Assembly (NCBI RefSeq): GCF_052425735.1
Contig: NC_135759.1
Span: 24,428,001-24,492,000 of the forward strand
Direction of reading: 5' to 3'
From: Oculina patagonica
Taxonomy: Eukaryota
DNA: 64,000 bases
Of the stretch, positions 14,079 to 27,724 are shown piece after piece. A program made the position numbers and the translations under genes. The notes beneath the pieces are model-generated. The model was given only the letters and a program-made list of their open reading frames with translations, searched no databases and had not been told where the DNA came from. Each line of letters opens with the position of its first letter. Positions within the stretch are counted from its first letter, which is position 1.

Positions 14079-15459
14079 ATGTAATATTTATCCCACATGT
14101 ATTTGCGTGCGTATTGTTCCCAAAATGGTCGCAATTCGCTGAAAATTAATAAACTATGAAAAGAAGTGTATATTAAATCGTTGATTGACATTTAAGCATA
14201 AGTTTGTGAGAGTACATACCAGCCTCCTGTATGGCCCCGTTTACCTGTTTATCTACGATGAGCAAAGAGAACTGATGAACGAGTAGCATACCATGCACCT
14301 CATCATTAGACAACCAACATCATCATACCGAAAACTGCATCGACCATAACTTTCGACCAACGAGCGCGCGAGAATTCTCTCAGTTATTGTATAAATATTT
14401 TTTGACATCTTATTATAATTAAGTCTATAAGGATAGTCCTGAAAGGGTACCTTTAATTAAAAACGTAAGTTAAGCAGCAGCAGGCACGCACGATCAGAAC
14501 ATTTTTTTTAAACATTTTGTCAGCGAATTATCCTTCCCGAATAAGTTCAGTAATTCACCTAGGAACAGTAGGAAAGCCATTATTTTTTTCGGTGGGGTTT
14601 CACAGACCATAACTTCAAAGTCACTGATGATTGGTTCTTTGCCATTTTTAATATGTTTGAGATAAAAAGAAAGTTCAATAGGGAGTTGTTTATAATTCCC
14701 TGACAGCGGGATAAACACATAGACGGTCGTTAAGAGCTATGCTAATTGCATCGCTCTTCACAGAAGATGGCTAAAAAGAAGAAGATGGCTGCCTGCACAG
14801 TAGCTGGCTAAACAATTTGGCGTTTCCAGGATAAAAGGTAAGTTTAGAGTGCGATAAGAAAATCCTTCTTTTTAAGCCATCACCTTGAGTAACGGTCAGT
14901 GCATTAAATAGGACATAATAGCAATGGTGCCAAAACAGCCATGAATACAGGTGTATAGGTAAGCTTAGTGTTTATCAAACAGTAGAAAAATATATTATGA
15001 TGAAAAGACCTCAATTATGATTGCGGTGAAGCTGATATGAATAAAGGCAAATGGCTTATAAAGTTAAAGAAGAATCAACATTTAATGGAGATAGAGGTGA
15101 CAAATTTTGTACAGAGTTGAGAATGTAGTATATCACAATTAAATGCAAATTTAAGTGTTGGTACAGGCCATGAAATTTAAAAAATCGGTTGTTAAAAAAA
15201 ATGTTCAAATTACAAAGCACCTGCATGAAGTCAGTCGGACTGACTTTTTGTTCCTTCTTATGTTTAATAGAAAATAAAACACATCTCATCATTTTAGTTT
15301 AGGCGAGGAAACATTTCAGGTGTTTAACAAAATAAGGTGGAAAAATGTTATAGTCAATGAGCTTTATCAAACTTTATTATTGACCCAAACTTATGTTAAT
15401 TTAGCTTTGTATTTATATCCTAGTTAATATCCTATTTTGAATGACATTTTGTCTTATTA

Positions 15460-15660
15460 CCTTATTACCAAAAATTTTCGCGGCATCAAGTTTTCACGTT
15501 TTTCTTAATCGCAAAAATGTGATTTTGCGAAAAAAGCGACTTCTTAAATAGAGAAAATGTTAAACAAATTCTCCAAATTTGCAAAAATGAAGTGTCGCAA
15601 AGTATCATCGCTCTTCCAAAAGCGAGAAGTTAATCTGTCACAAAAATTCGTGTTATAAGG
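15460..15660. mobile_element. TA-flanked MITE (Tc1/mariner-like) with CCTTAT termini
   Basis: TA|CCTTATTAC ... TTATAAGG|TA, with internal TTTTCGC/GCAAAA motifs. Confidence 0.6.
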
Positions 15661-16251
15661 TATTTCAGCTGCCTTTTGAGTTGGTGTCAGCAGTTTTGTA
15701 TTATAATTTATTAAGCAACCTGTAAGGCCACATGATCTACCTTTCCCTTAATTTAAGGCAAATATCCTAGATGGGATAATTTATCAGGGCTTATTAGTAT
15801 ACTAAGAATGGTGTTCAGTCTCCTTTATTATTTACCATTCCATTCAAACTCATGTGAGTTAAATATGAAAGGTGTATGAAAGCTATATCGATGCTGATGC
15901 AAAACTCTTTCAAACACATGCAACCATGTCAAATTGGCATGTACACCTATACACATTTAAATAACTGAGTAATATAGTTCAAGTCAGTCAGCTCAATATA
16001 ATTACTGACCCTCCCAAAATTCTATACTTTCTCTACAATATATCGACGATTACAGCTATGAACCAAAACATCAATGTGGTAGCGACTGATGTAATGCAGA
16101 AAGAGAAAAATTAGGCTTTAGGAGGGTCAATAATTATAATAGTGCAATATACCCAATAATGCTGTGAGCCGAAGTAATTATCTATTAAGTAATGTCTATT
16201 GTAACGCAAATACACTACTGAAATAGGATAATTTATCAAAGCTTATTTTAA

Positions 16252-16299
16252 TAGGAATCTTTCCTTAGCATGTTAAAACATGCTAAGGAAAGATTCCTA
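16252..16299. repeat. Perfect 23-bp-arm inverted repeat
   Basis: TAGGAATCTTTCCTTAGCATGTT-AA-AACATGCTAAGGAAAGATTCCTA. Confidence 0.9.
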
Positions 16300-17007
16300 A
16301 AAACAGTCTTCAAGGTAGGTGTTCAGATTCCGTTTTTAGTTGAAGATTTCAATGGTTAACGACCATTTTAAACTCGTGTGACTTTAAAATGAAAGATGTA
16401 TGAAGCTTAAGGCTATATTACTCAAGAAGCTGATACAAAACATTTTCAAACACAACCATGCCAAATAAGCAGGTGGTCCAGACCTTAAGTACGTTGTTTA
16501 GAGCCCAATATAAGTACGCCTCTTTTTGACTGCCAGCCAGCTGATTGGCCTAAGACCTTCGTTATTTCATGTAGAAATTATCAATACACGTACCACAACA
16601 AAATAGATTTCGTGGGGAAAAAGCAACTCCAAACCCGTGAAAATAAAACAGAGATGACCTTGAGATCATTAACCTTGCCATTCTAGAATTACCTTCGGAC
16701 GAACATTATTTGACAACAGATAATAATTATACGCATACGCCTATACTCCAGCGGATTGATTTAACATAATTGAGAGTTAACTAAAAATGTTTGGAGGCTT
16801 AAAGGGTTAATTTTGGTAAAAATGTCATAAACTTAAAAACCCGTGGAGATAGATAACCATACAAACGGACACCTGCCCTAATTTGTCTAATACCCAACAG
16901 TTTCTTAAAATGCTAATTTCGGAGTTTTTCTTGGGAACTCATGCGGTAATATCAAGATTATTTTTTTCAATTTTTAGTTCAGCTGATGCAGGCGTAAAGG
17001 CTTAAAG

Positions 17008-18375
17008 ATGGACCCGCTATTCAAAGCAGCACTCCTTCGGATTCTTGGCCTGTTATTGTGGGCCTGTCTCAGTGCTTGGTTCTTTGTTATAGTAGAGCAC
17101 ACGGACAAAGATGACAGAAATGAAAAATTTCAGCTTCTACGTTCTGTGTATCAGTCCTTGGTATCTAAATATAACATCAGCATCGAGGAGTTTAATAACG
17201 TCTCCAGCATAGTGTTTGAAGCTTTGAGCGAGCCTAAACCACAGTGGACTTATTCTACTGCATGTGTCTTTGTCTTTCACACGTTGACTACAATTGGTAA
17301 GGCAGCATACGAAATGTATTTTTATCTACTTGATCATGGTTTCTTTAAACATAATACTTCAGAAGACGATACTTCTTGTCTTGAGCTGCAGTGAGAAAAA
17401 GATAATGAGAGTACGCAATACCAAATGAATATTTGGTATTCTTGTTTATAGTAAAGCGCCCGAGTAAATCAAAACAACATAAACAACATGCACATTCACT
17501 AATGGCATTATAATGTAGCCCCTAGCCGGGCCAAGTTAATTATCCTTACCCCACAAAAAAGTACAGAAAAATCAAGCTAACAGTAAAGACAAAAAATCCA
17601 ATTCAGCTTATCATCCTTTTCCTTTGCACATGTCTCTTTAAACTATTCGTCTTGTTTTGCAGGTTATGGATGGATCACTCCTCAAACACCCGCTGGCCAG
17701 ATATTGTGCATCTTCGTTTCGTTACTCGGAATTCCCCTCACATTACTCGCGTTTAAGTCTGTTGGTGAACTCATTACTAAATGGGTTAACGCAGTTGTCA
17801 CGAAGTTCGAAAAGAAAATCCTCAAGAGGTCGGAACCGAAACAGATGATGGCCAAGAGTGCTGTGATCTTGTTTGCGATAATGGTGTCATTAATTGTTGT
17901 AAATGGTCTGTTTGTAAAGTATCATCTTAACTGGTCTCTCGTTGAAGGAATATATTTTTGGTTTATAACATTTACTACAATCGGTTTTGGTGACTACGTC
18001 ATTCGGCAGCCCCAAAGGATCAAGGAGTTAACGCTAAACAGCTCTATAAATGAAGCAAACAAGAATGATTCAAGTGACGCAGAAGAGGCCACTTCTGCAG
18101 TTTTCGTTAGCCTATTTTGTATTTTTTACTACATACTAGCTTTGTGCACTGTTTCCAGTGTACTAAACTCCATCATGGCGGTTATAGAAGAAAGAAAATG
18201 TCGTCCTCGGTGTCCCGGATGTGTTCCTCGAAAAACCCAGAACCACGTGGACAACGACTGGCAATATACTGACACTTCAGAGCGGCGTGAAACTAACATG
18301 ACGTATCTAAGCATGGAAAATTATGGATTACGGAAGGATAACATGGAATCACTTTCAGTTACTGAACTAAAGTAA
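17008..18375 (+). CDS. K2P (TASK-like) channel, copy 3; exons 17008-17296 + 17663-18375; 333 aa
   Basis: P1 TLTTIG|YGWITP; P2 TFTTIGFGDYV. Closest relative of copy 2 (shared upstream block and VTELK* end). Confidence 0.95.
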
Positions 18376-18430
18376 CTTATGGAAAATACGTTTCATACTT
18401 CATGCGACATAAGACACTGGGAGTGAAAAA

Positions 18431-18714
18431 TAGGCCCTGCCAGGGGGGGGGGGGGAGGGCCAGTGTCGCTTGTCTAAATTTAAAAATGTGCCGTGTCGCT
18501 GTTTTATCGCTCTTCATGTCACTATCGGTAATTAAATTGAAGAAAAATTGCTTGTCCTTGTCGGAATTTAATTTTTTCCATAAGGGTTGTCGTTTGTCGC
18601 GATTTTATTAGTATGATGTCGCTACTTTTTGGGCCATGTCGTTTGTCGCGATTTTATTAGTATGATGTCGCTACTTTTTGGGCCATGTCGCTTGTCGGAA
18701 TTTACCCGGGCCTC
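18431..18714. mobile_element. MITE with (G)AGGCCC termini and 6-bp TSD (same family as 58679-58878)
   Basis: TSD GAAAAA at 18425-18430 and 18715-18720; TGTCG-rich interior containing a ~49-bp tandem duplication. Confidence 0.8.
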
Positions 18715-18779
18715 GAAAAAGATTGATTACTTCAAATGCGCAAAATATTACTTTGTTGTAGCATATGTTTTGCACTCAT

Positions 18780-19240
18780 GTTGATTTGCTTTATATAAAA
18801 CAGAACTTTGATGTCACGGAGAATTTTCAGCCTTTTCTTAACCAGACAGCTGTTCAAGAAATCATGTAAGAAAACGCAAATTCACTCTACCTCGGGCTCC
18901 GTTGAGCTCAGTGACTTACGGTAAACACTCATTTCCCTACCTGGGATCAAAGACCCTTACCCTTCAAATTTGTAACCTACCATATTTAAATCAATTAAAA
19001 AACGTAAAACGTAAACATGATATAAATGCCCTTGTTAGCAATATTCACTATAAGGCTTATACTTTTTGCCACATGTGGCTTAGCAACGTACATATTTTTA
19101 TAGGTATATGTAGTACACATAGTTTTAATATTTATAATTTTTTAGTAATAAGTAAGATGTGGGTTATCTTTTAGGTGTCCACAATTAGTAGAGGAGACTT
19201 TTTCCTCAGCTCGTTAATAATTCTTTATCATTATTAATAA
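18780..19240 (+). mobile_element. Degenerate 3' end of a CR1/L2-clade LINE
   Basis: Translation VTYGKHSFPYLG..TL..NLPYLNQLK resembles CR1/L2 ORF2 C-termini; AT-rich tail. Boundaries approximate. Confidence 0.45.
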
Positions 19241-19379
19241 CTACTTCATAACAATTATCAAGGAGGATCTTTATTAAGATTACGAGGTACTGAAAAAAGT
19301 TTATGATTTACATATTAACGCTTTAGCGAATGCTAGAGCATGGTAGCCTCTAGTAAAATAACTTTTCCAGTTTTGATGA

Positions 19380-19640
19380 TAAGCAAGGAGCACCGAAAAA
19401 GATGGCAAATCACCTCCTCGACGTAGACCAAAGTAAAGGGAATATCTTGCTTCTCGCTTATGACTAAGTTCTGTGAAAAAATATACAAGCAGACCTTCCC
19501 AAACAAAATATATGGCCAGGTCTCTAGATACAGTATTGGGAATCAGCTAATGCTGGAATCGGCCACGAGGAAGCCACGTCCAGCGACCCACACCCTTAAT
19601 ACGTTTTGCCGCGTCAATCAAGATAAACTGAAAACATCCT
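19380..19640 (+). mobile_element. Highly decayed RTE-clade LINE remnant
   Basis: Broken motifs resembling DG..T.LLR..NIS / Y.DLP / W..P.G...RP across frameshifts. Weak support. Confidence 0.3.
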
Positions 19641-20663
19641 GAAAAGGCCGCATATTGCAACATAAGAGTCACCGATTGAATGGTCCCATGAATTTTTGGG
19701 GGTTCCACAGACGATCACTTCATAGCGACACTTCGTGGTGGCTAAAGTTGTGATAGTTAATTTGCGTCGATAATTTCCCAATTTTTAATTGTTACTTGTT
19801 TCGCAAAAAAGTAAAGAATATTGAGTAAATTTTTGTCAGGCAACTTAACATTCTCTTGTATGAGAACAGTGAATTATATAAGGAGTAAAATTTCATGATG
19901 TTAGGAGTAAAGTTGTCACTATAAATTCAAGGAATGCATGTTTGTTACTCCTGCATTAGAAAAATATGTGAAGGATGTTATGAAGATCGAATATACAATA
20001 AATGAAGTTCTAGAGAAAGTAAATGTTGCTTCTAAGAGCAGTGCTTCGACAATATTAGCATTTCCATCATCACAACGACTTTAAGAAACAATAAACGTTC
20101 AATATAATCAGCAGGTGGAACATGCGGGTTGTCAGAATGATACCTTTTACTGCTTGATGTTGTGACAGCTTGCATAATTTTCAAAGTTCAAACGGAGTTC
20201 ATAAGCGATATTTTTATTTCTAAACCACAAGAAATAGTCTTTTCTAAAGAGCCTTCTTCTGTATTGGTCACACTGACGTTACCAGTCGTCTGCAAGTATA
20301 ATGTTTTCTTGGTGAACGGTGAGTATTTGACGAAGTGGTTTGCATTGAGTCTTGCCATTCCATTAGCAAATACATAATTATAACAATTGGCTTGGCGCAG
20401 GTAAGTCACATTTAAGACATTGTTTCTGGCCTTTTTCCAAGACATTCAGACCACTTTAATGTGTATATAAGTGGCTTTTTACCAATATTTCGGCCACCTG
20501 TCACCGTTTCTAGGTCATGTAAAATGTTTTATTTTTCTTTCTGTAGATGAACGTTTGTTCATTCGTCAAACGTTCATCATTCAAACCACGATTAACAATA
20601 ACCATATTTTTAACCGACAGGCTTTTGTATTCTTCCAGTTAAACTGAGAAAGGCGTGAGGAAG

Positions 20664-22598
20664 ATGGACCCAGTGTTTAATCTGCGTCCGGACAGCTGAA
20701 TATGGACCTTCAGTGCTTGGTTTTTCTATAGTGGAGCACACAGAAAAAGATAATGCCGAAGAAAAATATCAGCTGTTACTGCCTCTGTATGATTCCATGG
20801 CTTCCAAATACAACATGACCATCGAGGAATTCAGTAACTTTTCAAATGTTGCGTATGAGGCCTTGAGCGAACCTAAACCTCGGTGGACCTACACTGATTC
20901 AATAGATTTTGTCTTTCAAGCTGTTACTACTATAGGTAAGGCAAAATGGAAATGGTCTAAATAAGCGCTCAAGAAATCTGGAAAGATTTGAGTTTAGAAT
21001 TCTGTCGATTTTTAAAACCGTGTGATTCAGTTGTTTTGCTCTCAAAGTCAGTAAGGATGTCAAAACAAGGTAGTAAACCTAATCGTAAGGTTCAGCCAGT
21101 GTGCAATACACTATTGTCCATTATTATTTATTTCTAATACGATCTATAACTGGGTCATAACTGCGTCTTAACAATAATAATTCACTTTTATCTCATGTAA
21201 CCATGGTAACACGAGATGATGTAAGTCTGAGTGGTCACTTTTTCTGCAAATTTGTTAGCTAATAGTAATTTAAAGATAAGGCAGTAATTTATGATAATTT
21301 TGGTATAAAAGTACACAAAATTGGAATTGAGAGAAGAGGAGTCTGTTGGTGAAAGGCTTAGGGAAAGAGAGAATGTTAAGGGAGCAATTTTCACACCGTA
21401 TGTAGGCTTCAAGGAAACCAAAAAAAAAACAAATTGTTTATTTACGTAATCAACCAATTTTTATTTACAAAAAATACATAATGGGATATTAAATTGCAAT
21501 TGTTACGCAAATCGCATGGCAAATGCCACGTGTTTTTGACCGAGAAAGCAGTTTTTTCTTATCCCAAAAGGCCAGTCAATAATTTATCACGGTTATTCGA
21601 GATAGCCCAAATGGCAGTTCGATTTAATCTTATTTATTGACTTTGCATAGCTAGTTTTTTTTTATTTCAGGTTTGGTAGTTGATTGTAGAATATTCAAAA
21701 GCTAAATTACATGTATGTTTCTTTTTGCTGCAGGTTATGGATACATCACTCCTCAAACACCCGCTGGCCAGATATTGTGCATCGTTGTCTCTTTGTTCGG
21801 GATTCCCATCACATTGCTCGCGTTAAAGTCCATCGGTGAACTCATTGCTAAAGGGATCAACAAAATTGTCACGAATTTTGAAAAGAAAATCCTCAAGAGG
21901 TCGAAACCAAAATATGTTAAACCTAAAAGTGTCGTGATCTTGTCTTCGTTAATGGTCTTGTTAATTGTGGTAAACGTCCTGGCGATTACTAGGCAATTAA
22001 CAGATTGGACTATCATCGAAGGAGTTTTTTACTGGTTTATAACATTCACCACAATCGGATTTGGTGATTACGTTCTTCGGCCACCCCAAAGGATCAGGCA
22101 ATTCTCTGTAACTATGTCTAGCAACAAAACTGTAAATCAACAAAACAAACCTGCATCAGACGCGGCCTTAGCAGGCATACATCTATTCTTTATCTTTTAT
22201 TACCTTCTGTCGAACAGCGAGCGACCGGAGCCCGCAAGTGAGAGAGACACGTCGCCGACGCAACGGGAATGACGAGGATGCTCCGTGAAGCGGCTCACCA
22301 AGAAGGACCGGGAGAGAGCGGAACGAAGGACAGGAGAGTGGACGGAGCGGACGCCGTAATAAGGTATATAATATGTTTGTGCATTGTCTCCAGTGTACTA
22401 AATTCAATCATGGCTGTCATCGTAGAGCGCAAATGTCGCCGTCGGTGTCGCGGATGTTTTCCTCGAAAACCCCAGCACAACGTGAACAAAGGAAAACGCG
22501 AAAATCAAAACGTTTGCGAACCAGTTGTTCTGACATTCTTTCGTTTTATCGAAAATGTTCGAGTCCAGAAGGAAAACCTAGAACCATTACCTCAGTAA
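20664..22598 (+). pseudogene. K2P copy 4, disrupted; exons 20664-20935 + 21734-22598
   Basis: Exon 1 is 272 nt instead of 289. M1 is scrambled, giving MDPVFNLRPDS* (TGA 20697-20699). Exon 2 carries a 162-bp insertion plus a TA duplication in M4 that shifts the frame. Both filters (TTIG|YG, TTIGFGD) are intact. Confidence 0.85.
22203..22364. mobile_element. 162-bp GC/purine-rich insertion with TA duplication in M4 of copy 4
   Basis: TA|CCTTCTGTCG ... CGTAATAAGG|TA (imperfect TIR; right end matches the CCTTATTAC terminus at 15460). Removal restores FYYIICLC. Confidence 0.8.
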
Positions 22599-23854
22599 AC
22601 GATCTTTGTTGAGAAGTGAGAGTACAAAAACCAAAACTTTTACGGTTACCATTAATTCACACTTATGATAATTTGCAGTTATTTAAACTGAAACATGGTA
22701 ACTGGTCATACAAAAGAACTTTGGAAGCTTAACTAGTTGGATGACCAGAACCCGCTACCGGTCAATAAAAAGATGTCATACCAATACGAGGAAGCAGTGG
22801 TATTATGGTAAAGTGTTTTTATAGACTGGTACTAATCCCATTCCATTTTTTCAAAGGGATGGGAACGGACATCTGCACGCAAACTAACGAGTAAAAGGAT
22901 GTATAATACTCTGCGCGGCTTTATACTGTATTTATGTTATTTGTGTAGCGTAAGCTGTTTTTTTGTCTCTTTCACTTATTAGTTTTTAACATATTCTTAT
23001 TGTCAACAATAAATGCTTTGTACTTTTTAGAGTATTTGTCACTTTCATTTCGTTACGCTTCAAACTTACATAATATATCTCTTTACCAGTTTTAACATCC
23101 CCATGTCTCACTTTTACCCATATAATGCAAATCTCAATGGCTTTTTTTAATTTTCAAGTGACCTTAGTGTTTATCCTTATAAAGTTTTTCTTATAGAAAT
23201 TGCTTATGAGCATTTCAAATGTGTATCAAAAATTGTTATGACATAAATATTTGATACAATACGCAGCTGCTGCATGTAAAACTAATAACATTGATAACAT
23301 ATAACTGACTGGTTTACATTCGTTACTTCAGCCTTTCAGCTGGAACATAATCGAAACTTTAGAGCCTCTTGGATAGTCACTGCCATTACTGGTTATAATA
23401 GCGGTCAAAGTTGGCTAGTTTATTAGGTGAGTCTAGTAGGCAACTTGAACCACGTGATAAAGCGGGCAAATCAATAAGCACTTATGTATTTACTATTATA
23501 GATGGAAAGGGCACCTTCAGTACAGTAGTTCATGTCATTTTGTTAACTGAAATAATCGTTTTATTGCAATTTCTTAGTTGATTTTCCTGACATCGTCTGG
23601 GGCTATTTCTCAATCAGCTATTGAAATTAAAGGCTAACAAAATATTGAAAGTACATATACGAAAGCCTTGAAAACTATGCAGTACTGAGACTGACTTTTC
23701 TAAGATCATTATGTTCTCAAATACTCCACAGAAGACCAAATGTAAACTAAAGTAAGTGGCCTGTTGTTTAAAGTGAAATTAAGCAACTTCTACAGTTTTG
23801 CAAGTCATCGTTTGTCAAACATATCTCACAAAGAATGAAATTTGAGTTACTATC

Positions 23855-24127
23855 GGGGAGCAGCGGGGATGGCGCAGTGTTGAGAGCGCCCGCCAATGTG
23901 GCTCGGGTTCGATTCCGGTCCGGTGCCATATGTGGGTTGAGTTTGTTGTTGGTTCTCGTCCTTTCTCCGAGGGTTTTTCTCCAGGATTCTCCGGTTTTCC
24001 TCCCTCCACAAAAATCAACACTTCTAAATTCCAATTCGATCGGAAATCCGAGGATCACAGGTTTGTCAGTCGCAAGACTGTTACGTGCTACCCTCGTAAA
24101 ATAAAGACGATTTATTTATTTTATTTA
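23855..24127 (+). mobile_element. tRNA-derived SINE (family B, V-domain-like)
   Basis: A box TGGCGCAGTG, B box GGTTCGATTCC, central GGGTTTTTCTCCAGGATTCTCCGGTTTTCCTCCC, (TTTA)n tail. Absent from the duplicated segment near 31.9 kb. Confidence 0.85.
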
Positions 24128-26246
24128 CTATATTTTAACCCATTTCGCATAACCAAAAGAGAATACACAATCGAAATTAGGTTATATTGTGATTCAGAGG
24201 CTGTTTAGACTGTTGACTCCAAATAGGCAGTTCTCAACTATTGTATTGCACTGCATTCGATTTTTTTTATCTCAATTGTCAATGTAAATATTGAAATGTA
24301 GTTCAAAATCAAAGGTAGGATGTCTTCCGGTAAAAACTGAAATAAAGTTTAAAATATTATCCTGTACCAGGAGTTCAAATAAAACTTGAAATTTGAATGC
24401 TCTCGAAATAAACATTTCTTAGAAGCGTGTCAAACAGATGAATACCTTTCTGTAGGATAAAAACTTTTAATTATATCAAAAGTAATAATAAGTACAAAGC
24501 AGGACTATTCTATTGTCAAGGAAGATCAATAGACGAAACTTTGTTTCCTTACCCGTAATGTTAAATCTTTTTAGTGATTAAAAATGACTCACTCTCCCTT
24601 ATTTATTTTTATTGGATTTAATTTGAGCTAAAATCAAAACCAGATTGGCTGCGTAAGTGTGAGATTGATGTTTGGTTGATATGGTGCATATAGCAGTCCA
24701 GAATGTTTTTTTTTTATAAAAAAAAAAAAAGCACTGCAATCAATTTTCAATTACCTGTCAAAGGGCGAAAAACACTGCACCATCTAAACTAAACAAATTT
24801 TATTATTTCAGTTGACAAGAGTCGCTAACAGTGACAGCTGGGTCATTATTATAAAAACACAATAGAAGTCCGGCCAGGTTGGTGATTGGATTGATTTAGT
24901 TATGAAAATTTTTGTCAATCCCAAAACCAATCACATTTCAAGGATGTGTATATTTTCAATACAACGTAAAATAGAGGCCTTGGAAATTACTTAACGATAG
25001 AACGTTGTGTTATCGCAACGAAATTAAATTTCCTTGTCACGGATCTAACTTCACTTACTTTATAACGAGCAACGGGCTAATACATCCAAGGTAATTACTA
25101 GTAAAATAAGAAAGTAAGTAACTAAAGGATTAATAATCAGTATGTCGACTCAGTTCGACTAATTAAAGTATGTATATCGGAAACACATAGATTTGTACAA
25201 TAGAAAGATTTCTACCAATCTAGTGTATATGGATGCAGATTACTGATGCGCGTTGAACCAAATGTGAAAGTGTACTCTGGGGATTTGGCAACTGTCTGAA
25301 AAGAAGATTAATGTTGGAGTGAATGTCCCATGAGCCCCCCCAAAAAAAACACTTGAAATAGAACTGTAAGTTTTACACAAAGGCCAGGGTTGCCTTTTAA
25401 CGTCATTTTAATTGAAGTTGTCGTGATAGGAAATTGTTTTTTTTCTGCATATTAATCCTAGACCAAAAGAAGGTGCATATTGTCCTGACGTAACAGGCAG
25501 TGAGCTACACCATACATGTTTTTTTAGGCTTAGAACCGTTTACCTAAGTCTGCTCTATTTTGCTTCCGTAATAATAGCCTTGTATTTATTTCTATTTCGT
25601 TTCCTTTTATTTCAAACTATCGTACGTCATGGGAGCCGATTCCAAGAGTCTAAGATGAGTTTACGTGTGCCTCTTTTCTAAACGTTCGTTTGCAAGTAAA
25701 CATTTCGATTCTAAAGGTCTTTGCACTTTTACTTTATCTAAAAATCAGAAATTGTCGCTCAGACAACCCCCCCCCCTCCCGACCCCACTAGCCTGGACGC
25801 ATGTTACTGCGTTTGATAGGCTGTCTAGCCTCTTACACAATATAAGAGTTACATGGATTCCTCAACACAACTGTATTTTTGGCCACACTTTGTAACAACA
25901 CTATAAAATGTGTGTATACGTAGTTTACAACAATTATAATAAGTTAAATAATTAAAATAAATTATAATACCTTAAGAAACTCGACAAAATACTTGATGTT
26001 AGCAAATGCTAGAACTCAAATACAGTTGAATAAATTATGTAGGTCGTGTCATCAATTGAACTTCATAGTGACACGACGTAATGAATTTCTTATTCCCTGG
26101 TATCTAGCATAATATGTTTATCCAAGAGTCACTTAAAATGCAGGATACAATTCTTTTCTTACACAGGTCACACAAAGGATTATATGCCATCTGAAGTTCA
26201 AAGAACGCGAAAAAGCGTAACTAGTAGTGCCAGCGTGCTTTTGATT

Positions 26247-27724
26247 ATGGACCCGCTAATCAAGACAGCGCTCCTTCGCACTCTGGTCTTTTTCTTAATG
26301 ACCATTCTCAGCGCTTGGTTGTTTGTTCAAGTGGAGTACACGGGAGAAGACAACAGCAAAGAAAAATATCAGTTGCTGCACTCTCTGTATAAGTCCATGG
26401 CATCAAAATATAACATGACGATAGAGGAGTTTAACAACTTTTCAAGTGTGGCACATAAAGCCCTGAGTGAGCCTAAACCACAGTGGACTTTTTTTGTCGC
26501 ATATGAGTTTGTCATTAGCGCTGTAACTACTATAGGTAATAGGTAAGAAAAAAAAGTCTTAAAAAAACTGAATGATTTGAAATATGATTGATTGATTGAT
26601 TGATTGATTGAGTGATTGATTGATTGATTGGTGGGTGGATGGATTGACCTTTAATATATAAAAGAATTGATGTAGTTTTTTGGCATTATTTAGGCCGAAA
26701 AAATGTTTTATTCGGCATAAAAATTATACTATTTCGTCAGTAAACTTCCAATGTTCATCGCAAAATATTCAAGAACAATCTTAGAGGTAGACTTGAGAAC
26801 TTTCACCATTTCGTTGTGAGTCTCGCGCAATCATCTGCCCTTTTGGGTCTTATTTTTTTAAGTAGCTCGGCACCACTGGAACAAACTTTTAATATTCTTA
26901 TTTAGAGAAAAAAAAAAAAAACAGGAAATATCCCGCCCATAGTGTCATTTAGGATCTTGGTGCATAGATGATTTTCCTCTAAAATTACTTCTGGGTTCCT
27001 CTTGAACCATGCCAGAATAAATCAAACCTTCTATACATGTTAATAATTTGTTGTTAATCTGTTTTCTGCAGGTTATGGATACATTACTCCTCAAACTTCC
27101 GCTGGCCATGTATTGTACATCGTCGTCTCTTTATTCGGCATTCCTATCACATTGCTCACGCTTAAGTCCATGGGCGAACTCGTTGCGAGAAGGGCAAACA
27201 GAATTGTCACGAAGTTTGAGAAGAGAATTCTTGGGAGGGCGGAACCAAAACAAGTCAAAACTAAAAGTGCCGTAATTTTGGTTGCATCAATGGTTGTGTT
27301 AATGACGGCAAGCGGTTTTGTAATTTTGTATCTTGAAGACTGGACTTTCATCGAAGCAGTGTATTTCTGGTTTATAACATTTAGTACGATCGGATTTGGT
27401 GACTACGTTATCAGTGTCAGCAAATTATCTTTCAACACTTCTGTAAATCAAGAAAGCAAAGATAAATCAGATGACATAGGAGAATATACTTACCCGATTA
27501 TCTACAGTATATTGACTACGTTGAATTGTTTATATGGTTTATGCATTGTCTCAAGTGTACTTAACTCCATAATGGCGTCCCTCGAGGAAGGGAAACGTTG
27601 CATTCAGTGTCCCGGATGTTTTCGTCGAACAGTTCAGGACCATGCGAACAGTGAGGAAAATAACACTCCAGAGCAGCGAGAAATGGACGGGACATGTTTT
27701 ACTAGGAGACATCTTCAGACATAG
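26247..27724 (+). CDS. K2P (TASK-like) channel, copy 5; exons 26247-26535 + 27072-27724; 313 aa (possible 21-aa N-extension from ATG 26184)
   Basis: P1 AVTTIG|YGYITP; P2 TFSTIGFGDYV; intact frame. Confidence 0.94.
26585..26630. repeat. (GATT)n microsatellite in copy 5 intron
   Basis: Read directly; homologous, expanded tract in copy 6 intron. Confidence 0.9.
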
